From positions 160,001 through 224,000 of the forward strand of contig OZ242180.1 in assembly GCA_965205485.1 (NCBI GenBank): a stretch of DNA of 64,000 nt. Direction: 5' to 3'. A program made the position numbers and the translations under genes. The number at the start of each line of letters is the position of its first letter. The first letter of the stretch is position 1. This document shows, in pieces, positions 9,573 to 19,962 of the stretch. This DNA comes from Candidatus Latescibacterota bacterium. GTDB taxonomy: Bacteria; Latescibacterota; UBA2968; GCA-2709665. The notes below the pieces were generated by a model. That model was given only the letters and a program-made list of their open reading frames with translations. It was not told the DNA's origin and did no database searches.

Positions 9573-12110
9573 TTATTCCTCTCCCATCCCGGCATGGGAC
9601 AACGCACCGAGAAAATACGGCACGCCGAAAAACAGGAGGCTGATGTGCATCGGACTCATTTCCACCGCCCCGTGGCGTTTCGGATCGTCGCCCCAATCCT
9701 GGCCTTCGATCAGCACCCGCAAAACCGCCTGGCCGATCTCCAGGTACTTCCGGTTTCCCGTCATCCGGTACGCGTAGCCCAGGTGCCGGCACAGGACGCC
9801 GCCATATCGCTGCTGGATGGCATGTTCCACGTTCGGCCCTTGCGGATAGCCGCAGAACCAGTCCACCGCCCCGAGGTAGACACTCGCAACGTCTTCCCGA
9901 TTCGTGAGACGGTGGAGCAGTTCCAGCCCCACCATCAGGTAATGCGTCTGGTATCCCTTCTGTTCCGAGACCGGCAGGACCCGGTGAGTCGTCCTGGCAT
10001 CCCCTCTCAACTTGCGAAACTCGGCGTCGGTAAACGGCGCCGCGGTGCCCATTTCCACGGCCAGCGTGGTGCCCTCCGTGGCCATCCCGTACGGCCTCTG
10101 GTCCGACAGCCGCTCCTCGGTGGAGATCTGGAAGCGCTTGTGCCAGCTTCCGTCTTCGTTCTGGCCTCGGGCAATCGCCTCGTACACCTCCAGCGCGCGC
10201 GCCCTGAACCGCTCCTCGCCGGTGACCTCATGCACATAGAGCAGGCCGCGAAGCGTATTCGCAATGCTGCGCAGGCTAAAACTGAACGCCGGATCTTCGG
10301 TCCACCGGTATCGCAGCAGAAACTCGCCGGCCTCCCGGATCACTTCCAGCGTCCGCAGGTCGCCGGTCAGGTAGTAATAGTCCATCCACCCGTCCAGAAA
10401 CGTATGGGACGCGCAACTCTCATCTCCGAAATGGTCCACGCTGTGCCGGAAACAGCCGCCCGCCATATAGGGCCTGAACGGGTGATAGTGGCAGGTATCC
10501 ACGTCCGTCGAATGGCGGGTCATCGCTTCGCCGAGCAGAAAGTCACCGGCGCGGCCGGTACGCATATACTGCACCCATACGCCGTGCCTGGGGTCCCACT
10601 CGCTGTTGCACCAGCCCCACCGGCCGTAGAAACGCCAGTCGTCCGTGCCCTGGTCCCACGCCACCAGCGCATCGCCCCAGTCGTGATAACCGTACCATGC
10701 GCCCAGTTCGATATTCCGCCGCAGCCAGTCGACAAACCCCGCCATCATCCGCTCGGATTTCGGGAAACGCGCCTCGTCGACGGGCTGAAAGCCGCCCGTC
10801 GCCTCGCAGGCCGCCATCCATTCCGGATCCACGGACACGTGCGGCGCTTTCAGCCAGCCTCTCAGGCGCCCCGGTACGCCCGCGCCGTCGGCTGCCCGGT
10901 AGAAGCAGACGAAGAACTCGGTGGTTTTGGCGGTACCGGTGCCGTCCGCATAAACCCCTTCGCCCTCATCCCACGCCACGGCCTCCGAATACCGCTTCAG
11001 AGAAAGGCATTTTCCATCGGGATCCTTCCAGCAATACACGTCGATCCCATCGCCCGTGCCGGAGACCCCAAGCGCTTTCGGATATTCCTCGGGCATATGG
11101 CGCAGGCCGACGCCAATGCCCACACTGCCGTCGTCGCAGGCGATCCATCCCTCCGTCCGGTCTCCTTCGGCAAGCGTTCCCGTGCGCTGGCCCTGACGAC
11201 GGTCGAGTCGAAAGTGATTGTGAAGCCGCTGGGAAAGCAACAGCGATTCACCGGCGGATGCCGAACCCGCGATCTCCCGGCTTGCGGAGACCCGGTAATT
11301 CACGGAACCGGAAAGCGAGACCGGCACCCGCAGCCCGATTTCCTCCACTTCGGTCTCTCTCGGATTGCATGCCGCGATTACGGTGTGCAGCACGCGCAAT
11401 TCGGTCCGGCCCGCGTACGCGCAGATTCGGGTCACGAAACGAAACGGCCGATACCCGGCGTAGTGGTGCATCGGCAGATCGGCCTCGAATGCGCCTTCAC
11501 ACCGGATCACGGCCCTGAGCGGACCGGACTCCTCCACGCTCACGTCGTACACGGCCTCCGCAAGGGATGCCAGGCAATCGCCGCCCATGCCGTAAACGTA
11601 CCGCTTGCCGTCGTCGTCCAGAAACGACTCGCGGATTCGCACCCAGGCGTCTCCGCCAGGGCCCGCGACCTCCACTTCCGGCGTAAACGTCCCGTCCGGC
11701 CCCGTCCGCCCCAGCGCCGCCGTCTCCACCAGAGAAAACCTCCGGCGATTCACGGCGAACCGGAGGGGACCGGTTGATACAACCCATCTTTCGTCATCCT
11801 CGTGAACACGGACCCGGTCGCCCTGCCCGGCACCTATACGGTTCTGACACACCGTATATGTCGACTCGCCGCCCGCCGGTACATCCGCCTGGAAGTCGGT
11901 CAGAACCCACTTCAGACTCCCGTCCGGCCATCGGCCCAACACGCGGAACTGCGCGGATACCGGGCGACCGTCCGCATCATTCACGCCCAGCGCGGACGGA
12001 TCGGAGATCGCGCCCACGGGAAGCGGGACTCCCCTCGTCACGGGCCAACCGCGCCTCGCAACGCCCGCGGATTCAACCACCTGAAGTCTTATTGAAATGG
12101 GATCCTGCAT
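9573..12110 (-). CDS. YetA/exo-rhamnogalacturonan lyase-like protein (RIFT barrel, beta-sandwich, alpha/alpha toroid)
   Basis: N-terminal WPVTRGVPLP.G...QFRVLGRWPDGSLKW; C-terminal WYGYHDWGD...WCNSEWD...MTRHSTDVD and YYLTGD. Confidence 0.75.
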   Translation of the reverse strand: MQDPISIRLQVVESAGVARRGWPVTRGVPLPVGAISDPSALGVNDADGRPVSAQFRVLGRWPDGSLKWVLTDFQADVPAGGESTYTVCQNRIGAGQGDRVRVHEDDERWVVSTGPLRFAVNRRRFSLVETAALGRTGPDGTFTPEVEVAGPGGDAWVRIRESFLDDDGKRYVYGMGGDCLASLAEAVYDVSVEESGPLRAVIRCEGAFEADLPMHHYAGYRPFRFVTRICAYAGRTELRVLHTVIAACNPRETEVEEIGLRVPVSLSGSVNYRVSASREIAGSASAGESLLLSQRLHNHFRLDRRQGQRTGTLAEGDRTEGWIACDDGSVGIGVGLRHMPEEYPKALGVSGTGDGIDVYCWKDPDGKCLSLKRYSEAVAWDEGEGVYADGTGTAKTTEFFVCFYRAADGAGVPGRLRGWLKAPHVSVDPEWMAACEATGGFQPVDEARFPKSERMMAGFVDWLRRNIELGAWYGYHDWGDALVAWDQGTDDWRFYGRWGWCNSEWDPRHGVWVQYMRTGRAGDFLLGEAMTRHSTDVDTCHYHPFRPYMAGGCFRHSVDHFGDESCASHTFLDGWMDYYYLTGDLRTLEVIREAGEFLLRYRWTEDPAFSFSLRSIANTLRGLLYVHEVTGEERFRARALEVYEAIARGQNEDGSWHKRFQISTEERLSDQRPYGMATEGTTLAVEMGTAAPFTDAEFRKLRGDARTTHRVLPVSEQKGYQTHYLMVGLELLHRLTNREDVASVYLGAVDWFCGYPQGPNVEHAIQQRYGGVLCRHLGYAYRMTGNRKYLEIGQAVLRVLIEGQDWGDDPKRHGAVEMSPMHISLLFFGVPYFLGALSHAGMGEE

Positions 12111-12269
12111 GAATTAGCGCCTTTCCGCACAACTGTGCAAATTCGGCTTCGTACCTGGACACCACAGGTAAAAAAGCTATTGCTTTCCTTGCAACCGAAA
12201 ACCCATCGGTCGCGACATCCCTGGTTGGCTGGTCATCCCGCCCTGAATCAGTCCATGATCTACCAGTTT

Positions 12270-12427
12270 CCGGAGCGAGGGCATCCCTGCCCTCGAACTT
12301 CGAGCAACCGACGAGTTTCCACATCAAGGGCCATTCGAGACGCTTCCATCCGAAAACTCATCCTGAATGACGGCGCTAAGACCCCTCCTGTACGCCATCG
12401 AGGGCAGGATGCCCTCGCTCCCGGGAA
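12270..12427. repeat. Inverted REP doublet (REPIN/BIME-like)
   Basis: GGAGCGAGGGCATCCCTGCCCTCGA at 12272 and TCGAGGGCAGGATGCCCTCGCTCC at 12398, inverted, about 100 bp apart. Confidence 0.8.
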
Positions 12428-12477
12428 AGGCATTCATGGCTACTTCGCCTTGACAATCTGTTTCCTGTTAATCCTAT

Positions 12478-13764
12478 TTATGTTTCAACAAGATACGGAA
12501 TGGTCAGAGGGCCATCCGGCAGCACCGCCACCCGAGCGCCGGCGCCGATCGCGTGAATCTTTTCCCGAAGGGCTGCGTCCAGATCATCCACGGCGGCCAG
12601 CTTGCACGCCTCGATGTCGGCCCGATCCATACGGGAATACACGCCAACCTCAACCCGCTCCAGGATCGCGGCCAGGGTCTGCGCCTGCCACTGGTCCAGT
12701 ACGGGTTCACGGTCGTACACCGCCTGCATGACGTCCCGCGGTCCCTCCCCCGTCCGCATCAACTCCGCGAAGTTCCCGTGATCCGGCACGCCGTCGCTGC
12801 ATTCGCTGGCCACGAGTACGGTCCCGCCGTCTTCCACGATGCGGGCTGCCGCCGACATGCCCTTGACGGCCTGGTAGAGGTTCTGGTCCAGCGGGAATCC
12901 GCTGTTCGAGGTCAGCGCGACCTGGAACGGATTCTCCACCGGCGCCATCGAGGCCGCTTTCGCCCCGGCGCACCCCCGACGATGGGCCTCCAGGTAGTTC
13001 CCGACGTAGATCCCGGACATCTGCTTGTCCCCGTTCAGCGTCACGTTCACCAGGAAATCCGGCGGGCAGAGCGCCACGGCTTCCCGAACCTCCCGCTGCA
13101 GGGGGTTCCCGTCGAGTACACCCCACGTACACATGGGGTCCGCGATCAGATCGGACCGATGCAGCCGACAGATCGTCTCGATTCCCGCCACGCCAGGCGC
13201 CACGCCCTTCGGACCGCCCGAGAAACCCGCGAAGAAGTGGGGCTCTATGAATCCCAGCACGATCCGCGTGTCCGCTTCCACGTATGCCCTGTCCAGCCAC
13301 ACGTCCGTTCCGCAGGCGGACGCGCCAAGAAACACGTTCCCGGATTCATCGTAAGCGTCGTGATTCCGTATCGCCAGCCGCCCGGCTATGTCGCTGCCGA
13401 ACATCTCTTCGATTTCATCGTCCGTATTCGCCCGATGCGTGCCGTTTCCCAGCAGTACCGTGACGTGCGATTCCGGCACCGGCAGGACTTCCAGAATCCA
13501 CGGAATCAACTGCCTGTTGGGCACCGGACGCGTACCGTCCGAAGTCACGATGACCACCCTGTCCCCGGGCGAGACGATCTCTTTCAGCGGCCTGCATTCC
13601 CCAGGCTCTTCAATTGCCTGCCGGAACCGACGTTCAGGATCCGGCAGGGCTGCCTCGAAGACAGGCCGGATCACTTCCCATTCCGCCAGATCCGGGTCGG
13701 CCGTGATCGACACGCTGCCATGGCCGAACGCCACGTCGACCCGATGTTCATCCGTGAGCATCAC
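12478..13764 (-). CDS. larA: Nickel-pincer-dependent lactate racemase family protein
   Basis: SDGTRPVP, GNGTHR, IEPHFFAGFSGGPK, DQNLYQAVKGM, DQWQ. Confidence 0.9.
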   Translation of the reverse strand: MMLTDEHRVDVAFGHGSVSITADPDLAEWEVIRPVFEAALPDPERRFRQAIEEPGECRPLKEIVSPGDRVVIVTSDGTRPVPNRQLIPWILEVLPVPESHVTVLLGNGTHRANTDDEIEEMFGSDIAGRLAIRNHDAYDESGNVFLGASACGTDVWLDRAYVEADTRIVLGFIEPHFFAGFSGGPKGVAPGVAGIETICRLHRSDLIADPMCTWGVLDGNPLQREVREAVALCPPDFLVNVTLNGDKQMSGIYVGNYLEAHRRGCAGAKAASMAPVENPFQVALTSNSGFPLDQNLYQAVKGMSAAARIVEDGGTVLVASECSDGVPDHGNFAELMRTGEGPRDVMQAVYDREPVLDQWQAQTLAAILERVEVGVYSRMDRADIEACKLAAVDDLDAALREKIHAIGAGARVAVLPDGPLTIPYLVET

Positions 13765-14079
13765 GATCTCCCGTTCTGCCGGCTCCGGATCCCGTTCCGG
13801 CGCCGCACGTCGCCGCGAAATCTACGGTCTCCACAACCCTTTGTCAAGCCCGGCAGGCGGTCCTGAACCGATACCGGAGACATCCGTCCCATACCGCCTG
13901 ACAGACCGCCGAAGGGTCTCCGGAAGGGCAATTGGCGCGTTCGGCGGTTGGCCCCTCATTTCCGGCGATTGCATTGACACGCGAAACGGGGTACGCTATA
14001 TTGGCCGTACCAGGTCGCGCGTTGCCAAAGAGCTTTTCCGCCGGGCCTGTCGCCAAAAGACGGTAGAAGAAATGCGGGT

Positions 14080-14490
14080 AGACGGTAGAGGTGAGCCGGT
14101 AGAGGAAGTCCTTGCCCGATATTTTATTCCTTCTTGCCTCAGGCACGAGAAGAGACCTTACAAGGCAAGAAATCTCTCCCGTCTAACGTCTTGCGTCTCC
14201 CTGCTTTTGAGGGGCCGGGGAGAGAGGTCGCATAGAGGCGGGGAGACGTTAGAGGTGAGACGGTAGAGAAAGACGGTGAGAGGGGAGAGGTTAGACGGTA
14301 GAAGAGGCCATTGCCAATATGTTCCTCCGACTTGCCTGCGGCATGCAAAAAAACCTACATGGCATGCGAACTCTACCCTCTCCCGTCTCCCCTCTTACCA
14401 GGTGGTGTGGCGGGGTGTGTTCCTCTTCCGTCTCACGTCTCCCCTGATTTCCTTTTTGTCTTTGTGTCCTTGTGTCTCTGTGTGAGTTAA
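14080..14490. repeat. Intergenic low-complexity repeats with a degenerate ~100 bp direct repeat
   Basis: Recurrent AGACGGTAGA / TCCCGTCT motifs; 14080-14190 resembles 14294-14395; ends with CTTTGTGTCCTTGTGTCTCTGTG. Confidence 0.5.
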
Positions 14491-14538
14491 GCGTTGCATT
14501 TGCTGCTTTCTGCAGTTCGTCATCTCGCGTGATATCGC

Positions 14539-15282
14539 ATGTCGGAAACCGTCATTGTCGTCCCGTGCTACAACGAAGCCGAACGGCTTCCGGTCGAAGC
14601 GTTTCAGGGCTTCGCCGGGCGGACCCGCGGCATCAGGTTTCTGTTCGTCGACGACGGAAGCACGGATGCCACGGCCGGCGTCCTGCGTGCCCTGAAAGCA
14701 TCGGCGCCCGAGAGCTTCGACGTCCATACGCTTGCCGCCAACGCGGGCAAGGGCGAAGCGGTAAGGCATGGCTTTCTGGCAGCGCTCGAAACGGATCCGG
14801 ACTACGTCGGATTCTGGGATGCGGACCTGGCCACACCCCTGGAAGCCATCCCGGAGTTCCGGGACGTTCTGGCCGCCAGGCCGGACATCGAAATGGCCTT
14901 CGGCGCCAGGGTCCGCCTCCTGGGCAGGGCGATCCGGCGCAACAGGTTGCGGCACCTGCTGGGAAGGCTGTTCGCAATGACGGCGTCCATGTTTCTTCGC
15001 GTGGATATCTACGACACCCAATGCGGCGCGAAGCTCTTCCGGGTAACGCCGGACCTGCCGGTCCTCTTTCAGGAGCCGTTCGCCACCCGTTGGATTTTCG
15101 ACGTTGAAATCATCGCCAGGCTGATGCGCGCCAGGACCGGCACGGAGCGACCGCAGGTGCGGGACATCGTCTACGAAGTACCGCTGTCGGAGTGGAGGGA
15201 CGCGGCGGGGTCCAAAATCAAGGTTCGCGATTTTGTCATCGCCATCTTCGGCATGATTGACATTCTACGTAAGTATCGATAA
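14539..15282 (+). CDS. GT2 glycosyltransferase (dolichyl/polyprenyl-phosphate glycosyltransferase-like)
   Basis: VVPCYNEAERL, VDDGSTD, NAGKGEAVRHG, DADL, DTQCGAKLF, WIFDVE. Confidence 0.93.
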   Translation: MSETVIVVPCYNEAERLPVEAFQGFAGRTRGIRFLFVDDGSTDATAGVLRALKASAPESFDVHTLAANAGKGEAVRHGFLAALETDPDYVGFWDADLATPLEAIPEFRDVLAARPDIEMAFGARVRLLGRAIRRNRLRHLLGRLFAMTASMFLRVDIYDTQCGAKLFRVTPDLPVLFQEPFATRWIFDVEIIARLMRARTGTERPQVRDIVYEVPLSEWRDAAGSKIKVRDFVIAIFGMIDILRKYR

Positions 15283-15304
15283 ATCCGACACTTATACTGA
15301 CAGT

Positions 15305-17515
15305 ATGCTCATTATCGGGAAAATTCGGAGCCCATACGCGCTCCTTCTATTGATCGTGGCCGTATCGGCGGTCGTGAGGTTCTACGGGATCGGATGGGGG
15401 ACCGATCCTGAGACCGGCAGGTTTCACGCCTTCCATCCGGACGAACGAACGGTTGTCGAGAGCGCCGGCCTGGTGGGCGTGGAGGTGACACGGGCGGTGA
15501 CCGCCTACGCCAAGGGCCCGGCCTACGTCCTGTGGATACTGGCGAAGGGCGCCGGATCCATCGCAGGCATCGAACCGTTCGACAAAGACGACAATCGATC
15601 GGTGAGATTCACCCACCTCATGGGACGCGGGATCTCCGCGACGCTTGGCATCCTGACCGTATGGGTCGTCTTCGCCATCGGCAGGCATCTTGCCGGTCTC
15701 TGGACAGGGGTTCTGAGCGCGGGCTTTCTTGCCTTCTGCGCAGGGCACATTCAGCAATGCCACTTTTATACCGTGGATATTACCCTGGCATTCTGGACGA
15801 CGCTGGGCGTCTACGTCATCCTGAAATTGCCCTCCGATCGCACCGCACCCTACCTGGTTTGCGGGCTGGTCTGTGGAATGGCGATGGGCACACGGCTGAT
15901 GGCCGGAATGCTGTGTCTCCCTTTCCTGCTGGCGCACGTGTGGCAGGCGCAGGCGCCGGAGCAGGCCGGCGGGAGTCATCGCGAGACGCGGAAGAGCGGT
16001 TCGAACCGGATCGCAGCGGGGGCCTTGTCGGTCTGGACGCGTGTGAAAGGGGCGTTTACAACGAGAGCGCTGCTTTGCGCCGCGGTCGTCGTCGTGGTTG
16101 CGGTCATCTGCGAACCCCTGCTCCTGAAGCCCGGCGAGTTCCTGAGTTCGAAAGACATGCGGAATTTCCTTCCCAGCATGAGGGTTGCCCAGGGGGAGAC
16201 GATCCGCATCTGGGGGCTTTACGATTTCTCCACCACACCCTATCTGTTTTTCATCACGCACCTCTTCCGCTATGCGCTGGGGACGCCCCTGGAAATCGCT
16301 GCCCTGTGCGGCGTCGCGCTGGCCGTTTGGAAGCGTGAAAGAGGATGGTGGGTTTTGCTGGCATGGCTGGTACCGTACTTCTTTATGGTGGGAGGGCTCC
16401 ACACCAAGCCCCTGAGATACACCACGCCCATGCAACCCCTCATGGCGGTGATGGGCGCGTGGGCCTGCATGGAGGCCGCGGGGTGGATCCGCACTCACCT
16501 GAACAAGGCCTGGGTCTACGCGCTGCCGGTGGCGCTTGTGGTGGTTCCAACAGCCGCCTACGGCATCGCCACGTCCCGGGTCTACCGGTCCAGCAGCCGC
16601 TTCGAGGCCGCGGCATGGATCAAGCGAAATATCCCTGACGGGGCAGGCGTGCTGACGGAGCGGGGCGGATATCCGACGTCGTGGATGGCGCCGGCCGACC
16701 GGTACAAGCGAAAGCTGGATGAGGCGGCGTGGTTTCTTTCAGCCGACGGCAACCTGCCCTACGAGTCGCACGTCGAATTCATACAGAACCGTCTGGCAGG
16801 CGTGGACTGGATCGTCCTGATCGAGGAGAATCGCATGCTGCCGTTCATGAAAGTACGGCAACGGTTCCCCATCGCGCACACCTACTACCGCCGCCTCGCC
16901 GAGGAGAGCCTTGGATTCGAACGGGTTGCGCAGTTCAAAGTACGCCCGGAAATACTTGGATTCACCTATTCGGAAGCCGACGCCGAACCCACAATCACGG
17001 GTTTCGATCATCCCCTTGTTGCGGTTTACCGGCGGTCCGGCGCGAACGTGGAGGAACTGCTTCAGAGGTGGAAGGCGGAAATCCGGAGAGATCCCGCGCT
17101 CCCGGACAGATACGCCATCGAGGGCGTGGAGGCCTACCGTCGCAAGGCCTGGAGGCAGGCCGAGAGATCGTTCAAGCGCAGCCTGGAGGTCAAGCCGGAA
17201 TTCGCTCTGGGGCGGCTTCTGCTGCGAGAGGTTTACGTTTCGGAGGGCAGGCACGCGATCGCTAAGCGGGAACTTGGCAGAATCGCCGCTTCCGGTATGA
17301 CCGCCGGCGCCTACGTGGGCATGATCCGGGTTGGCCTTGTGGCAAGAGGCGCGGCGTACCTGAACAAATATGTCGAACTTGCAAAAGCCAATAAATCGAA
17401 CGATCCCTTCCTGCAGCAATACGGTTGGCTGATACATAAGATCAACACGGAACATGCCGCAGGTCGTGACAAGACAGAAGAAACCGCCAAAGATTCGAAG
17501 CAGCCACCGAACTGA
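15305..17515 (+). CDS. GT-C membrane glycosyltransferase (ArnT/PMT-like) with C-terminal TPR-like region
   Basis: FHPDE motif, many TM segments, HIQQCHFYTVD; C-terminal A...F..SL...P.F..G TPR-like helix pair. Confidence 0.8.
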   Translation: MLIIGKIRSPYALLLLIVAVSAVVRFYGIGWGTDPETGRFHAFHPDERTVVESAGLVGVEVTRAVTAYAKGPAYVLWILAKGAGSIAGIEPFDKDDNRSVRFTHLMGRGISATLGILTVWVVFAIGRHLAGLWTGVLSAGFLAFCAGHIQQCHFYTVDITLAFWTTLGVYVILKLPSDRTAPYLVCGLVCGMAMGTRLMAGMLCLPFLLAHVWQAQAPEQAGGSHRETRKSGSNRIAAGALSVWTRVKGAFTTRALLCAAVVVVVAVICEPLLLKPGEFLSSKDMRNFLPSMRVAQGETIRIWGLYDFSTTPYLFFITHLFRYALGTPLEIAALCGVALAVWKRERGWWVLLAWLVPYFFMVGGLHTKPLRYTTPMQPLMAVMGAWACMEAAGWIRTHLNKAWVYALPVALVVVPTAAYGIATSRVYRSSSRFEAAAWIKRNIPDGAGVLTERGGYPTSWMAPADRYKRKLDEAAWFLSADGNLPYESHVEFIQNRLAGVDWIVLIEENRMLPFMKVRQRFPIAHTYYRRLAEESLGFERVAQFKVRPEILGFTYSEADAEPTITGFDHPLVAVYRRSGANVEELLQRWKAEIRRDPALPDRYAIEGVEAYRRKAWRQAERSFKRSLEVKPEFALGRLLLREVYVSEGRHAIAKRELGRIAASGMTAGAYVGMIRVGLVARGAAYLNKYVELAKANKSNDPFLQQYGWLIHKINTEHAAGRDKTEETAKDSKQPPN

Positions 17516-17530
17516 ACGCTACGGCGCGGA

Positions 17531-19399
17531 CTATACGGACAGACTCACGACTCGCTCGTCTCCGTCGCCAAACAGCACCCGGACCGTCGCCGCCGTCCCC
17601 TCGATCGAAGCGTCGAACTCCGGACGATCGGAAGCATCTCCCACGTGAATGCCCCATAATACGTGGATTTCCCGGCAGGGATGAAAGTGCCCGAAACTCC
17701 GGTATTCAACGCCCACCCGCCTGGGTTGAAACTGGTTGGACTCGGTATAGGTACTGGTGCGTTTCACGTCGCTCATCCGCCAGCATTCCATGTGTTCCGG
17801 AATCACCCTGGTCAAAGACAACGTCACGCCGTTCCGGGTGAATTCAGTTAACCGCTCGTCGCCGGACACGTCGGCCCGGTGATGAAACAGCCACTCGAAC
17901 AACCGGGGCTCCTCGGACGAGACACGGTCGTAGACCAGGAGCACGTCGGGTTTCAAAAAAGCCAGGGTTCGCAGATATTGTTTCAGCCTGCCTCCGTAGG
18001 CCGCGGTAGCATCGGCAACCGTCACGTCCACCTCCTCACTCCCGTCGAACGAGACGATCCTTCCAGGATAGTCCGCCCCGTAGCGCTGCCCCTCGCCGTC
18101 CACCATCAGCGTATTGTGACCGATCGTCCCGTTTCCGTCGAAGTTCCACCGCTTCCCACCACCGCTGTCGAAGAATCCCAGGTCGTGGCCGTAGGGCCAG
18201 ATCCCCTCGTCGATCAGCAGCCGTTCTCCGCGTGAGGAAACGACGAATGAGTTCGCGTCCAGCTGCGAATGGCCGACGGCGCTGGAACCGGACTTCAGGC
18301 CCACGAACGTGGCCTGATCATCCCACCCGCTGCGCATCGTTACAACGCCTGTGGTGGGATAACTGCGGGACGTCTCCCCGGGAATCGCGTCCTCCAGCGA
18401 GGGATCGTCCCAGACGAGACGCTCCACCGTCGCGTGATCGCTGGCCCGCGCGGTTCTGGCCCAGTCTCCCCGGCGGTTCAGATTCGCCAGCAGCAGCAGA
18501 TAGTCGAGGCTGGGGCCAAGGGAAATGCCGTTGTCATTGAAATTGTAGACCTGCCCGTCGGGTTCGGTCACATGGACGATATAGTCCCCGGTTTCCCGCA
18601 ATGCCGGATGCTGGAACAGGTCCACGGCTCCGCCCGTTGCCCGGCGCAATCCGATGCCGAATTTAACACCGTGCCCCAGTGTGCCAAGCCAGTAGCCGGG
18701 GCCCTCCGCCCAGTCTCCTTCCGGCGGCACGAAATCCAGAATATCCAGACACCCCGCAAGCGACGCCCGCATGACCGCGTCAAGATCCGAAATCGCCTCC
18801 GCGCACGCGATCGCAGCCGTACCCATCTCGCCGCAGCACATGATCTTCCAGTTCCAGTGGTAGCTCGGGCTCGACCAGTGCGCATCCTGTTTTTCCCAGG
18901 TTTCCAGGAACCGAGCGACCGTGTATGCGTTGACCCGTTCTGAAATCGACGCGACCGCATCGGCCGTCCAGAGCGGCGAGCAGAGATCCGTCGAAATTCC
19001 GATCGCCGACGCCACGTTCAGCATGGCGTGGTCGCATCGCATGGGACGGTGCGGGCGCGCCACCCACTCCTCCGGCGGAAACGAGAACATCACCTCCACG
19101 CCCTCCAGCGCCCTGGCCGCGAACGCTTCGTCCTCCAGGATGAAAGCGGCATTCGCCAGGGAGCGGAGCGGCGTCTGGCAGAAATACGGAAGCTCCGGAT
19201 CGGCGCCGAACAGGTCGTCATTGGCGGACGCTCCTCTCGCCGCTTCGACAAGGCTATCGACAAACCCGGGTGTCGCCCTCGCCCGTTTCCGGACCCCGTC
19301 CACCTCCTCCGCGCCCAGCAGGACTCTCGGCCGGGACACCGGAGGCGCCACCGTCGTATTCGCCAGCTTCGCGAGCAGATCTTCAGAGAATGGTTTCAT
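17531..19399 (-). CDS. Heparinase II/III family protein
   Basis: NW...C, EGPGYW, YNFND, MRSGW, HSQLDANSF, HNTLMVDGEGQ. Confidence 0.88.
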   Translation of the reverse strand: MKPFSEDLLAKLANTTVAPPVSRPRVLLGAEEVDGVRKRARATPGFVDSLVEAARGASANDDLFGADPELPYFCQTPLRSLANAAFILEDEAFAARALEGVEVMFSFPPEEWVARPHRPMRCDHAMLNVASAIGISTDLCSPLWTADAVASISERVNAYTVARFLETWEKQDAHWSSPSYHWNWKIMCCGEMGTAAIACAEAISDLDAVMRASLAGCLDILDFVPPEGDWAEGPGYWLGTLGHGVKFGIGLRRATGGAVDLFQHPALRETGDYIVHVTEPDGQVYNFNDNGISLGPSLDYLLLLANLNRRGDWARTARASDHATVERLVWDDPSLEDAIPGETSRSYPTTGVVTMRSGWDDQATFVGLKSGSSAVGHSQLDANSFVVSSRGERLLIDEGIWPYGHDLGFFDSGGGKRWNFDGNGTIGHNTLMVDGEGQRYGADYPGRIVSFDGSEEVDVTVADATAAYGGRLKQYLRTLAFLKPDVLLVYDRVSSEEPRLFEWLFHHRADVSGDERLTEFTRNGVTLSLTRVIPEHMECWRMSDVKRTSTYTESNQFQPRRVGVEYRSFGHFHPCREIHVLWGIHVGDASDRPEFDASIEGTAATVRVLFGDGDERVVSLSV

Positions 19400-19778
19400 T
19401 TATGGGTCCTCGATTAATGCCGCGAACTCTCTCGACAAATTGGTCGTATGATAATTTCCATTCAGGTGGCTCGAAAGGTGGAATTAGTAAACCAATCCCC
19501 TCTGATGAAATAGATTGAGAGGCCCATGTCCGATAGATTGTCACTTCAGTTTTATTCAATGGAAATGGGAGTTGTTCAATACGGTCCCGGAGAACCTGGT
19601 AACTGCCAGAATAACCAAAAAGCCCAGGGCGAAAATCGGCACACCCCTAGGCTTTCTCCTTGTGCAACTGCGCTATAGGCGACGATGAGACAATGAATCC
19701 AGCATAGGTACAATCAGGCGAGCGTCCACAATGTTCAACAAGAAAACCTGGCCCTTGATATGCTCATTCTTGTTGGAA

Positions 19779-19919
19779 TCAACCGCCCGGATAGTCTGAT
19801 TTAAAGAAGACAATACTCGGATTCTTCGGAACTTCGACCCTTATATTGTCCGGCATGGTAGCATACTCTAACGGCAGATCCTTCTCCGACGTAACCATTG
19901 CGACAGTTACTTCAGCCAT
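19779..19919 (-). CDS. Small hypothetical protein (46 aa)
   Basis: MAEVTVAMVTSEKDLPLEYATMPDNIRVEVPKNPSIVFFKSDYPGG with a purine-rich GGAGAGGGGA tract immediately upstream; follows the toxin. Confidence 0.35.
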   Translation of the reverse strand: MAEVTVAMVTSEKDLPLEYATMPDNIRVEVPKNPSIVFFKSDYPGG

Positions 19920-19962
19920 TTCCCCTCTCCTGTCTAATCTGCCCCCACACGCAATGGTCCCG

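Noticed and set aside
9216..11777. 853-aa plus-strand ORF (likewise 46622-48370, 51150-52739, 54425-56539, 42498-43922)
   Set aside because: Antisense shadows of well-supported minus-strand genes; expected in GC-rich DNA and without recognisable motifs.
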